A stretch of DNA of 64,000 nucleotides from Euprymna scolopes (lineage: Eukaryota), in NCBI GenBank assembly GCA_053919585.1, contig CM132793.1; one strand, 5' to 3'. The position numbers and the translations under genes are program-made. The notes under the pieces are model-generated. The model was not told where the DNA came from and did no database searches. It was given only the letters and a program-made list of their open reading frames with translations. Below, one piece after another: positions 14,226-25,029 of this stretch (positions within the stretch are counted from its first letter, which is position 1; the number at the start of each line of letters is the position of its first letter).

Positions 14226-14267
14226 CACCTGATGAAGACCGGAGGACAAAACGGCCGAAACGGTGTG
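14226..14267 (+). ncRNA. Degenerate minimal hammerhead in inverted PLE pLTR
   Basis: CAC-CTGATGA-A-GACCG(gaggacaaaa)CGGCC-GAAA-CGGT-GTG; paralogue of 12290-12331. Confidence 0.7.
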
Positions 14268-16262
14268 ACTATAACAACCAAGATGAGGATGTCAGTCCGG
14301 CAATCACAATGAAGGAAAACACCTCATCTCAAGCATACAGACAATTACTAAGGATTTAATTATGTTAAGTATTTTACCAGTGATACCATATGATCTAATT
14401 ATCCTGAGGAGACCATACACTTTAAAAAGCCTTAGATATATCTTAAGCTACGCTTTGCCCTCCCCCTCTTTGCACAGTGAATGGTATATACGTTCAGAGA
14501 TTACAGTTAGGATGTATGCTGTGTAACCGGCTTGTCTAACTCTATATTGTTTGTCAGTCAGAACTTTAGCATCTGTAAGTTGACGGACTAGAGCATGGTT
14601 AGTTATGGTCTCAAATATGTTGGCGAAAAGTGAGAGGAGGCTAATGGGGTGATAATTTGATGGGTCAGTTCTTTCGCCAGAATTCTACAATACTGTTACC
14701 ACAGAAGTATTTTTCCAACAGTCCGCAAAGCATGATTCATTAAGGTATTTGTTGTAGAGTTTGGAGAGTACTGGAGCTACTACGGCTGATCACTATTTGA
14801 TAGCACAACTGGGATGAGATCTGGTCCACATGCTTTGAAGTGGCAAGTTTTTATTGATAGCATGCACCTGAGCAGGCGTGATTTTAAGATCGTCTAGCGT
14901 GGCGTCTGTCCGCAAAGGAAAGTCAGGCATGGTGTGTTTGGAAGAGTCCAGTTGTGCGTTTCAGGCAAACCGGCTGGAAAGCATGTTAGCCTTGTCGGTT
15001 GCTGATCAAAACTACCTTGTTATTGTTAGCTAGCGGGGGAGTAGGGGAATTGTTGATTGCCCATTATTTACTACACTGTTGTAGATTATCCAGAAGTAAC
15101 GAGTTCCTAATATTTGTGGTTTCAGTAAATTGTCTCTTAGCTGTCGCTATTTATTTCGTAACGTTACTTCTAGCTTATATAGTCTTCTGTCTTTTTGAAC
15201 TGGACTTATGTCGGTTTAAGCCTTTTAATAATGGCAGTTACGCAAATAAAAGTAAGCCATTGGGGAGAGTGGGGATTGCTATGACATTTCCGCATGGGAA
15301 CCTGTACTCCAATTGCTGTTTTTAACCATACAGTGGTCTCATTTGCGCATTGTTCAGCAGGAAAAGAAAACAAATATTTCCGCATGAAGCATCTCTGATA
15401 AGATCTCTGATGGCTTCCCAGTAAGCCTTTTTATAATATCCCGTTGTTTTGAGCGATGGCCCTTCAGTTTTGGGTTTAGAATTTAGGGTGATTTCGACCA
15501 TTATCATTGCATGATCAGCGTTCCAGAGTGAGTTGTAAGCATTTCTTATACAATCCTCGGGAATTGTTGTCAGAAACAGATCTAGAAGTGATGCGTGTTG
15601 TTCTTGCAAGTAAGGGAAACGGGGTGGAAACGTAACCATTTGTCATAGGGAGTGAGATATAGCAAAGCTATGTGTTGTGCTGCCCGCTGCATCTCTGCAG
15701 TTTTTTTTTGTGAACATTGCATCCAAGCCAGTTTTTGTTGTGAACATTAAAATCACCAAATACGTGTACTCGTGCGCTAGTGTCGAGGGAGAGTTCTGCG
15801 TCTATGCTGTCAGAGACTTTGTTTATTATGGCGGAGACCTGGCCTCAGAGAGCCCATCGGGGATGAGAGCAGGGTCCCTTTCCATACGCGACATGGCACT
15901 ACAAACATCCCGAGATTATACAACTGTTGATGGAGCAGCCGCTCTAAGCGCTACCAAGGAGTTAAGTCCCTGTACTACCAGTCGGAAACAGCAGCCAGGA
16001 ACTCTCAATCCGGTACCCTTAACCCATCAGAAGAAGGTCACCCGAATCTAATTGCACAGGCATGTGTGGTACTCAAGCACTTCCAAGTGTCCAGTTTTGA
16101 GGGGGTATGTGTCGGGCTGGGGAAACGGCATTCATTGCCCTAGACAAGAATTAAGATCTATCACTAAGTGTCATGTCGACGAATAAGCAAATAAGGATTA
16201 TGGAAGCCGGGCGATGAACAGAGCATATCTACTCCTTAACAATTTAGTTTGCAGGCCGGTAA

Positions 16263-16460
16263 TGTATCTATAAATAGTTTGAGGATGTGATTTGGAAGAT
16301 CATTTATGTTGATCAGGAAGAGAGTTGGGCCCAGTGTTGACACCTGAGAGATCCAGCATAAAACTGAGAGTTTCAGGTTTCTACTTATCAACTGAGAGTT
16401 ACAGGTTTCTACTTATCAACCACTGTTCTTATGACTCTATCTAAGAGATATTATCTAATA
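16263..16460 (-). mobile_element. Short LINE RT fragment with internal 28-bp tandem duplication
   Basis: Minus strand encodes a (S)TLGPTLFLININDLP-type RT motif. ACTGAGAGTT(T/A)CAGGTTTCTACTTATCA occurs twice at about 16362-16419. Confidence 0.65.
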
Positions 16461-17584
16461 TTTTAGAATATATATATATATGTGTGTGTGTGTGTATGTG
16501 TGTGTTTGTGTGTGTAAATCTATTTCATGATTCTACATTTCAATTCAACGCTAGTATGAACCTTAACTTTAATTGCTTTAAATATATTCCAGACAATTTT
16601 TTGTGCATTTAGCTTAATCTTTTCCTTTGCCGAGAATAAAAAGTATTCATTCGAAACTCCGTGGATAATAGGCTTTCACCTCTAATTGTGTTTTCTTTCC
16701 GAATAATGAATATTTGTTTGCAATTCGCTCACTAAATCTCCTCAAAATAAACGCATACTTAAAGTTTTAATTGAATGTCTTCCCACATTTCTTTTGCAAA
16801 ACTAAAACCTGGAGAGGCCATTCCGTTTTTAGTAGCGTGTTCAAATAAACATACAAATAAATGCGCAATCTAGTGTCGCAGTAAGCAGAATGGGTAGATT
16901 ATATCCATTCAAATCAAGTCAAGAACAACTCGAGAGAATTCTAGCCGAATTGCTCCTGAATTAAGTTTGTCAGCTGATTTTCTTGTAGCATTATTTTTTT
17001 TCTTTAAATCATGTAATACTTTTTCCTTCATTTATGAATGTATGTACCGACTTGCTTTACTTTCTTCATTTGTCCCTAAACATCTCAACGAAACTGCTAA
17101 AACTTGTTGGAATTAGTTTGTGTTCATTTGCGGCTTGTAATTTTCTAACAATATTTTTTGTTACCATAAACGCGTCCTCTAATTGTGGATCATCCCACAT
17201 TAGTATTCTTTTTAAATATACAGACTTATAAATGTTCTGTCTAGTGTCGAAATAAGCAATAATGGGTAGATTCTTTCCATTTAAATCAAGTCGAGAACGA
17301 CTCAAAGGAGGTGTATCCGAGTTGCTCTAGAAATACAAAAGATACATCTGTAAACTTAATTATTTATTTTCTTTCAGTAAGTGAGAGTTGAAATTATCGC
17401 CACGCTTTCCGCAAAACTGGTTTACTGTATTTTTATACGTAGAATACTTAATATTAGTATCAGTTTCCTTTTTCGTTTTAATAGAGAGGATATAATACAT
17501 TGTGGAGGCGTTGTCGACAACTCCCATGAATCTCTCTTTTCATCTTATTTTCCTCTGGGTCCTCGTTTTAAACGATTGATATTT

Positions 17585-19050
17585 CTTTTTTTTAATTACA
17601 TTTTCACCCCAAACAAGGCATATTGCCACGTTGTTGTAGGATCTACTATCATGGGCACTTTGTAGGAAGTTGGTCAGCAAGATGTCGGGTCACGTTGCAC
17701 TTGAACTTCTGCTTGTCAGTTTAGTCGGGGAAGCAGGGACCCGGAAGAGAATTCCAAAGTCTAGCTGTTCTGGGGAAACACTCCTGGAGTAGAAATCTCT
17801 CTTACATCTACGGATCTCTACTGTGAAACGGACGGATTTAACTGCGTGTCGGGTTTGTCGGGGGATGTACGTCGAGAGGGTACAACTGCTTTCAGTTCGT
17901 CCGAACATCCACCGTTAAAGTATGTAGAGCAGACAGAGGGATGCAGCATTTCGTCGATCTGACAAAGGCTGAAGTTTAGCTGACAGTTCAGGACCTATCA
18001 GATTGACGAATCTCTTTTGAACATTGTCTAGGTGCGAGAAATAAGTGACAGATGCTACAACCAAAATATGACAACAATACTCCATACATGGGCGAATGGT
18101 GGCCTTATAGAGGTATAGGATACTTTCAGGCGTTAATAGCTTTCTAGCAAGGTAGAGAGAACCCACATTTTTCGCAGGTATATTGGTAATGTTCTCAATG
18201 TAATTGTTCCAACTTATGTTTCCTGTGAACGTTAGGCCGATCAGTGCAAAAGATGTACTTTCAGCTAAATAGTCATTGCCCATTGCTATATTCGGTAGGA
18301 AAGGTGTCTTGTAATTATTGAAGGAAACCAGTTTAGTCTTGGCAGCATTGAAGGTTTCCATCCATTTCTGTTCTCATTCCACTACGGATCGGAGGTTTCC
18401 AGTAGTGTTTCTGCCATTTGTTTAGATGTGTGTTCATTTGTTTTCCTGTCGTGTCTGTTATACAGCGTGGCGTTGTCAGCATACATACCCATCTCACAGA
18501 CACTTTTGTCAGGGAGGTCATTTATGAATATAAGGAATAACAGAGTTCCAACGATAGATCCCTGAGGTTTTATATCATATCGTGTATATGTGCGACCGTC
18601 AAGGACAACCAAGATTTTTTATTTAATCTAAGAAGGATCTAATTATGTTATGTATTCCTCCACTGATGCCATATGATCTGATTTTCTTGAGAATACTCTC
18701 ATGCCATACCCTGTTTAAAGCCTTAGATGTATCTAAGTCTACCGGTCTACCCTCCCCCGCTTTTTCCAGTGACTGGTATATATGTTCTGAAATTACAGTT
18801 AGGATGTCTTCCGTGGAACGGGCTTGCCTAAATTTAGACTGTTGGCCAGTTAGAAGTTTAGTATCTCTAAGATGATGGACTAGAGCTTGGCTAATTATTA
18901 TTTTGGCGAAAAGTGGGAGGAGGCTAATGGGGCGATAATTTACCGGATCAGTTCTTTCGCAGAATTCTTGAAAACTGCCACTACAGAAGAAGATTACTCA
19001 GCAGGCAGGGAAGTTAGATTCATTAAGGCATTTGTTGTAAATTTCTGACA
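17585..19050 (-). mobile_element. Family-B LINE, 5'-truncated RT pseudogene
   Basis: ORFs 17915-18361 (FNAAKTK, LYKATIRPCMEYCCHI) and 18382-18612 (PQGSIVGTLLFLIFINDL, YADN). 3' end homologous to 11220 and 25030. Confidence 0.9.
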
Positions 19051-19399
19051 ATGGGAGAAGAAGAAGCTGTATTCTTGGTCGGCAGAATTTTTGTTAGCAG
19101 TAGCTAAAAAAGTGGTATTTTTTTCTGTTTCAATGTGTATACTTGTAACCATGTCACAAGTACGGGGTCTAGAGGTAATTTTCTTTTATGCTCGCCTTAT
19201 CTGACTGATAGTCAAGGAGTCGAATCTGGAACTAACCACTACGAAGGCAGTCCTTCCAACACTGGTAAAGTACTGGGGGCCATCTCGGTGACCAATTCAT
19301 GGGTAACTGGTTACGGCTCCATGGTCTACAAGCAAAAAATGTTATCACTTCTTTTTGTTCCTGTAACTGAGTCAAACTCATGAAATTTCACCAGAAAAA

Positions 19400-19700
19400 A
19401 ACAGGATTAACCCTATGACTCAAACTTCGAAACGTGACGCTAACTAGCATATAATTTCGATAACATCAGACGTCTACGTTCAAAGTTTTCAGTGGCTGAA
19501 ATCCAATTACGGGAGGCCAAACATGACTTATTACTCATCAGCAGAACTGGCATTGGACACACTATTTCGTTAGATATTCTAATTTAACATCAAAATATGT
19601 CCGCCAAGTTTGATATGGCCAATGTAATAGATATATCTCCAGAGAAGACCCTTAATTGTCCTATATGTGCTTTCGGATCGCGCTTGCTCACACCAAGTAT
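19400..19700 (+). mobile_element. LINE endonuclease N-terminal fragment
   Basis: Translation NIRRLRSKFSVAE...HDLLLISRT resembles the APE motif NIRGLRS...PDLLALSET. Confidence 0.55.
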
Positions 19701-19709
19701 TTTATTTTA

Positions 19710-20150
19710 TTTATTTTTTTTTGCCACTCAGGGATAAGGGTTATTGTGTGTACAGTAATCAAAGGGATAGTGTAGCAATGGTGTTAGAGAATTGGTAAGG
19801 TGTCAATACTTAGTGGGGCGATTCATCAGGAATTTTTTATGCTGGACTTGAAAACATCTAGGTTGAAGTCGGGAGGGAAACATGCAAGCGGAACAGAGTT
19901 AGACAGGCGTGCAGTTCTAAAAAAGAAGCTTTGTTCATGGTGTCTACGTTTTGATTTAGGCACAGATAGGGAGTGGGGAAAATTATTGACACTGGTTTCA
20001 GCTAGTTGGGTGATTTTTGAGAAAGATTGGCGAGGGGAGACCAGAGAATGGAGCTCAGACGAGGAACTCCCATGGAAATAACTAGAGAACAATTACAGGC
20101 TCGCTACGTCTCTTCTGTGGGAAGGGGCTGCAGGGTAGAGAAAAGGCTGT
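19710..20150 (-). mobile_element. Family-A LINE 3' end
   Basis: ORF 19826-20092 (YFHGSSSSELHSLV...FPHSLSVPKSKRR.HEQSFF); 3' UTR and T-rich tail at 19700-19745. Confidence 0.88.
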
Positions 20151-20610
20151 TATCGTTGAACTCTATCGCTTCCATAACAGCAGCGTTATAATATTTAAGA
20201 GGATATAGTTTACGAGGTTGATACATTACATAGTCTCACTTGTTCACTACATTTAAACATCTATACATAACATCATTGATTCCTCATCATTACTTTAAAC
20301 AGGGATTTGTAACTTGAACTTTAATACAAAAAGGCGGTTTTTCATTCGTGTTATCTAGGGTTTTATTATCAATGCAGCCAGAAATGTTGTCAATCGAGGA
20401 GGTCATTCAGACCGAATCAATCGCTTAGCTTGCGTGCTGAGATCAGAGAATCTATGTACTGTAAAGTAAACTCCACACACACATATGCACACACACACAT
20501 ATTTGTATATATGTATATATGTACGTATGTATATATGTATACATAGATGTATATGCAGAGAAAAAGATAGGATTCGAGTGATTATTTTGTAGGCTAATGG
20601 CAAGGATATA

Positions 20611-21873
20611 CGAGGGTGTGCAATAAGTAATGCCCCTGACACATATCCCATTTTGTGATCAAGCTGAAATTTTGCACGTGCAATTATTTATATCTCTACG
20701 TGTCATTTATCAAATTACAGATCTGAACTAATTTACAGTTGGTTGAACTGAGTCAGATGTGAAATGGAGCCTGTTGAATGTTGAGCAGTTATCCGGTGTT
20801 TGTATTTGAAAGGGCGCTCACCACAGGAGACTTTTGATGAAATAAAAGAAACTTATGGTGATAATACCCCATCATATGACCTTGTAAGACGCTGACATCG
20901 TGAATTCAAGCATAGCCGGAAGTCTGTGGACACAGCTCCTAGACATGGTCGCCCCCTTTCTGTAATTCATGGGGCATCTGTCCATCAAGTTTAGGCTGCC
21001 ATTTTTGAATGACGGCACATTACTAATCGCCATATAGCCCATGATGTCAAAATTAGTACAGGGTCTGTGGAAACAATCATTCATTACCATTTCCATATAC
21101 ATAAGGTGTCTGCCAGATTGATTCCCAGTTTGGTCATACCATTCCACAAGCAAGAACGCGTCGAGTGCTCGAGGATGAATTTGGAGATCTGCCAAGAAGA
21201 TGAGTCAAAGACTGATTATACAATATCAAACCTGGGCCCATCATTATGATCCAGAGATCAATCCCAGTCAATGCAGTTGAAGCACTTGGATTCATCACCT
21301 TGAAAGAAGCAAGGGAGCAGCCCTTTGCGGGCTAGGTCATGCTCACAGTCTTCACAGACCAGGACGAAGTAGTGATGACATATTTCCTGGCAACAGGTAC
21401 CAGAATTAAAGGAGCATATTATGCTTCACTTTTGAAGAAATTAAGGGAAGAAATCAAAACCAAGAGGGGGGGTTAGACAGGCAAGCTACCCTCCTCCTGC
21501 AGGACAACGCTCCGGTCCACAAATCGTATGTCGCCAGATCAGATGCACGGGCGTGTGGTTATGAAATCCTTCCCCATCATGTCTACTCTCCAGACCTTGC
21601 ACCCTCTGACTTTCACCTCTTCTCAGCCATGAAAGTGTTTATTAAGGAAAGCGTTTCCCAGATGATGCAGCCTTAATTTCTGAAGCAACGTCGTGATTGG
21701 AGGACCAATCTGGGTGTTCTACAAAAACGGTTTCCAGAGCTGCATCAAACGATAGGAGAAATGCATAACTCTGGGTGGTTCCTATGTAGAGAAAGACTAA
21801 TGGCGCCGCCAAGTTTCGTTGCTCTACTGCTATCCGAATTTGGTTAGGAGCCTTACTTATTGCACTTCCGTCG
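20611..21873 (+). mobile_element. Full-length dead mariner transposon (irritans/Himar1-like)
   Basis: TIRs CGAGGGTGTGCAATAAGTAATGCCCCTGAC (20611, preceded by TA) and an imperfect inverse ending at 21873. Transposase pseudogene 20764-21800 with KVSARLIP, LLQDNAPVH, YSPDLAPSDFHLF and multiple stops/frameshifts. Confidence 0.93.
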
Positions 21874-22880
21874 AATATAAATTCTTAATTTTAGTAAAAA
21901 AATAAGTGAATTCCTATTACATATTTTTTTACGTCAGAAAAGTCTATTTGAATCTTAGAAATAAAAATATATTAATAATTTAAAATTAAGTAAAAATAAA
22001 AACACCTATCATTGCTTATGTTCCGTTTTTGCTTGTGCTCGTTACCTTAAAAGTATACGTGTTTCTTTTCCGTAGCATGCCCTTTCTATTTTTGTATATA
22101 ATAGGCTATTCAAATTGATGAGTTTAATCTTTGTAATAAAAACCTACAGTGTGCCCACTGTATACTACTATCTTAAATGTGTTGATTCAACCCAATTGCA
22201 TTTAAGAATTACACTGACTCTTATTATGCCTTTTTTTCTCGAGTAGATGCCAATTGAATACATATAGATACCTGGTTATTTATATTTGCATATTATCCAA
22301 ATACATTATCTGGTATATTTTAGTAAGTAAAATTTCTAACACATTCGTTTTATTTAATATATTCCTCATATCCTTTCTATTCAATATGTGCTGTTACGGA
22401 AATATACGTTGTAAAATAGACTTTAATAAATGGCGATATTGTACGTATGATAGCAGATACACTAATACTGTAATTACGTCCCTGATATAAATCTAATAAA
22501 AACTACAATATAAAACATATCACTGGACATACAGTGAATGTAATAACCGGCTAATTCTTAGAATTTGCTTAGCGACACATTTCCCCATGAGAAAAACCGG
22601 TGTTACATAATTCACTCAGTTTCTTATCAAGCGAATGAAAAAAATGCAACTCATCGTTTGTAACTTACTCAACATAAATAGTATATTCTATTTTAAATCT
22701 AAAATAAGGCGGCACGTATGTTACCCCCATAAAATGTAATTCGACAGTAATTGCTAAATTTAGTCGAAAATAACAAAAGACGTGAATGTCAGCCAACGAC
22801 ATTTGGAACTTTACAAATTTTGATTTGGAATGAATTCTGTTATACAGTCACAATGGAATATTTAAAAACACTAAATTGTG

Positions 22881-22882
<2 letters not shown>

Positions 22883-22921
<39 letters not shown>

Positions 22922-23010
22922 GATATTATTATTGATATTATTATTGATATTATTTATTATTATGGTATTATTATTATCATTATTATTATTATTATTAATA
23001 TTATTATTTA
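22883..23010. repeat. (ATT)n microsatellite, imperfect
   Basis: Directly visible. Confidence 0.95.
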
Positions 23011-25029
23011 AGATGTAAACTACGTATAAAGCGTTAAATGGCAGTACTCTGTCTGTTTTTTTCGATTTACCTCTTTGCGTGTTCTGGCAGTGTATTACAA
23101 CTGGGAGATTATTACAACAATATTACAACAAAAGAAAACAAATATGATTCAGCATTGATGAACAGCTGATGATGGAAACCGAGGAATAATTTCAAGTCTG
23201 AAGCACATCGTTTTACATGAAACATTGATCTTTATGGGTTTAATATGCTGATATCAACTAGACAAAAACTGTTCTGGTAGAAAAAGTACATGTTTTTTAT
23301 ATAAATAGTTGTGCAAATAATTAGGTTGGAAGCATTATGAATAGTGTGTTATTTGAAAATATGATGCATATGTGAATTAGTTTGTGACATTTAGATTGAG
23401 TGAGAATAATAACCTTTTACGACATTTTCCCAATCTATTTACTTGACTTATTATATGAACCGTGCCTTTTATTTAAACATCTAGTTATGTTTGATGGCTG
23501 TTATATTCTGTATACCAAACTTTACTTAAATCATCCAGTGTAAATTACGAATTGATCAGAAATTCGCTTACATCATGTAAATATTTTAAGTCCAACAATA
23601 GTGTTTCTGGTGTTTTTTTAAGTCTACTGATAGTTTATCTTTCGTTGAATAAATATAGCAAGAGGAAAATGGGCCAAAAACCCTTATCAGATAATTAATG
23701 TTGAATTTTGAGGACATTCTATGTAAAATGTATTGTTTTTTAATTTATATTTGTAATTAAGATGTATTAAGAATAAAGCAGCATGCTCTAAGGAACCATT
23801 ATAAAATCACGTAAGAATAGATTGTCATTCTTTTGTTTCCCTAGAAAAAAATCCAGAAAAAAACGAAAGCCGCCAGTTACAGCAACATTAAATTATCAAA
23901 GAAAAGATGACACGAGTTTTCACGAGTATGACATTCTGCTACAGCAAACACATGTTCAACGTTTTTATTTTCTTTCTTTGCGGGTAGTATTTCTCAGCTG
24001 GTAAAAAGTGTACAGCCCCTTCAGAAAACTGAGATGAAGGACATGTTACGTATATTGTAATGATATGTTTGGGATCATGTAAATAGTAAAATATGATCAT
24101 ATTTAGATTATTTGGATACTTCGGACTTTTTAGTCATCTCGCGAATGTGTAGTACATTTCGAACAAAACACTTTATTGCCTTAATTGAGATGGCCTATTA
24201 TTGTTTCGTTAGTAATTTCTGAATATAGGTCCTAAGTAATTGGAGGGACAAATACTAACGATTCTGACAATACACACCTGCAACCTTGTGAAAAGGATTC
24301 CCCAGATAAAAACAGTGTCCTGGAGAATTAAAATAATACGAAACATTATTCCTTATCTGAAACATTCAGAAAAGACGTGCCGATGTCCTTTTCTAATGGG
24401 CGTACAAACATAGATATTAGGATCAATTTATTTCCCTCCCTTAGTAATCTGTAAACATTGATCGACTTTTAATAAAATACCTAATAGGTAGGCGCTCACA
24501 GAGAGAAAATACCAGACACAATTCCTTCTTTAAGGTTAGTATATTTTATTGCATATTTTATGTGATTGTGCTCTCATACTTTCTAATTGTTTCTTATTAT
24601 ATTTAATTGTTTTTATATAAAGCAAGTAACGTGTGTTTTTTATCTAAAATTTCATTTGTCATTAGTATTTTTTTCCAAAAACTACATTCTGTATCCTCAT
24701 CATTTGTAGCGAATGTTAACTATTCCCTGTGTGTCGTTTCACTAGGCTGCGTGATTTTAGACTGCTTATGTGTACCTTATAACTCATCTTACGGTTGATC
24801 GTTTTAATCTCAGACGCACTCTATTTATCTTGGAGGCCTTCTCGAGGTACCGTGGAGTTCGTTGGATTTTGTGTCGTATTTTTCTTTGCTCTCTTAAATA
24901 AATATTTCTCAGAGAAAATGTTCGTATTTGGCCTTCAACGCTCTTTTAGTTTTACCTGCGCAATTAACAGATAGATTTTAAATAAAATACACATCCATTT
25001 TGCATGAAAACTTTCTGTAACTTTTCTTT

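Larger units (their letters stand above)
12245..14348 (-). mobile_element. Penelope-like element (Poseidon-like) with inverted pseudo-LTR and ~15-bp TSD
   Basis: RT 13434-13835 (MVSLDFVSLSTEVP, YRQEEGLAMGSPLSP, WLRYID). GIY-YIG at about 12650-12900 (KNCIYFIP..YKG). 12245-12683 (-) is repeated inverted at 13838-14310 (+). TSD taagg(g/a)tttaattat at 12230-12244 and 14349-14363. Confidence 0.92.
11220..16262 (-). mobile_element. CR1/L2-group LINE (family B) interrupted by a PLE; 5' non-coding region, EN core, RT and 3' end
   Basis: 3' ORFs 11306-11979 (MDYCCHIWAAA, PLSHRRNV). RT continues at 14349-14950. EN core VFGDFNVHNKNWL at about 15720-15760. 5' region 15845-16262 is homologous to 27350-27795. 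Confidence 0.88.

Noticed and set aside
23161-23215. CTGATGA...GAAG possible hammerhead
   Set aside because: No GAAA and no convincing stem I or stem III pairing.
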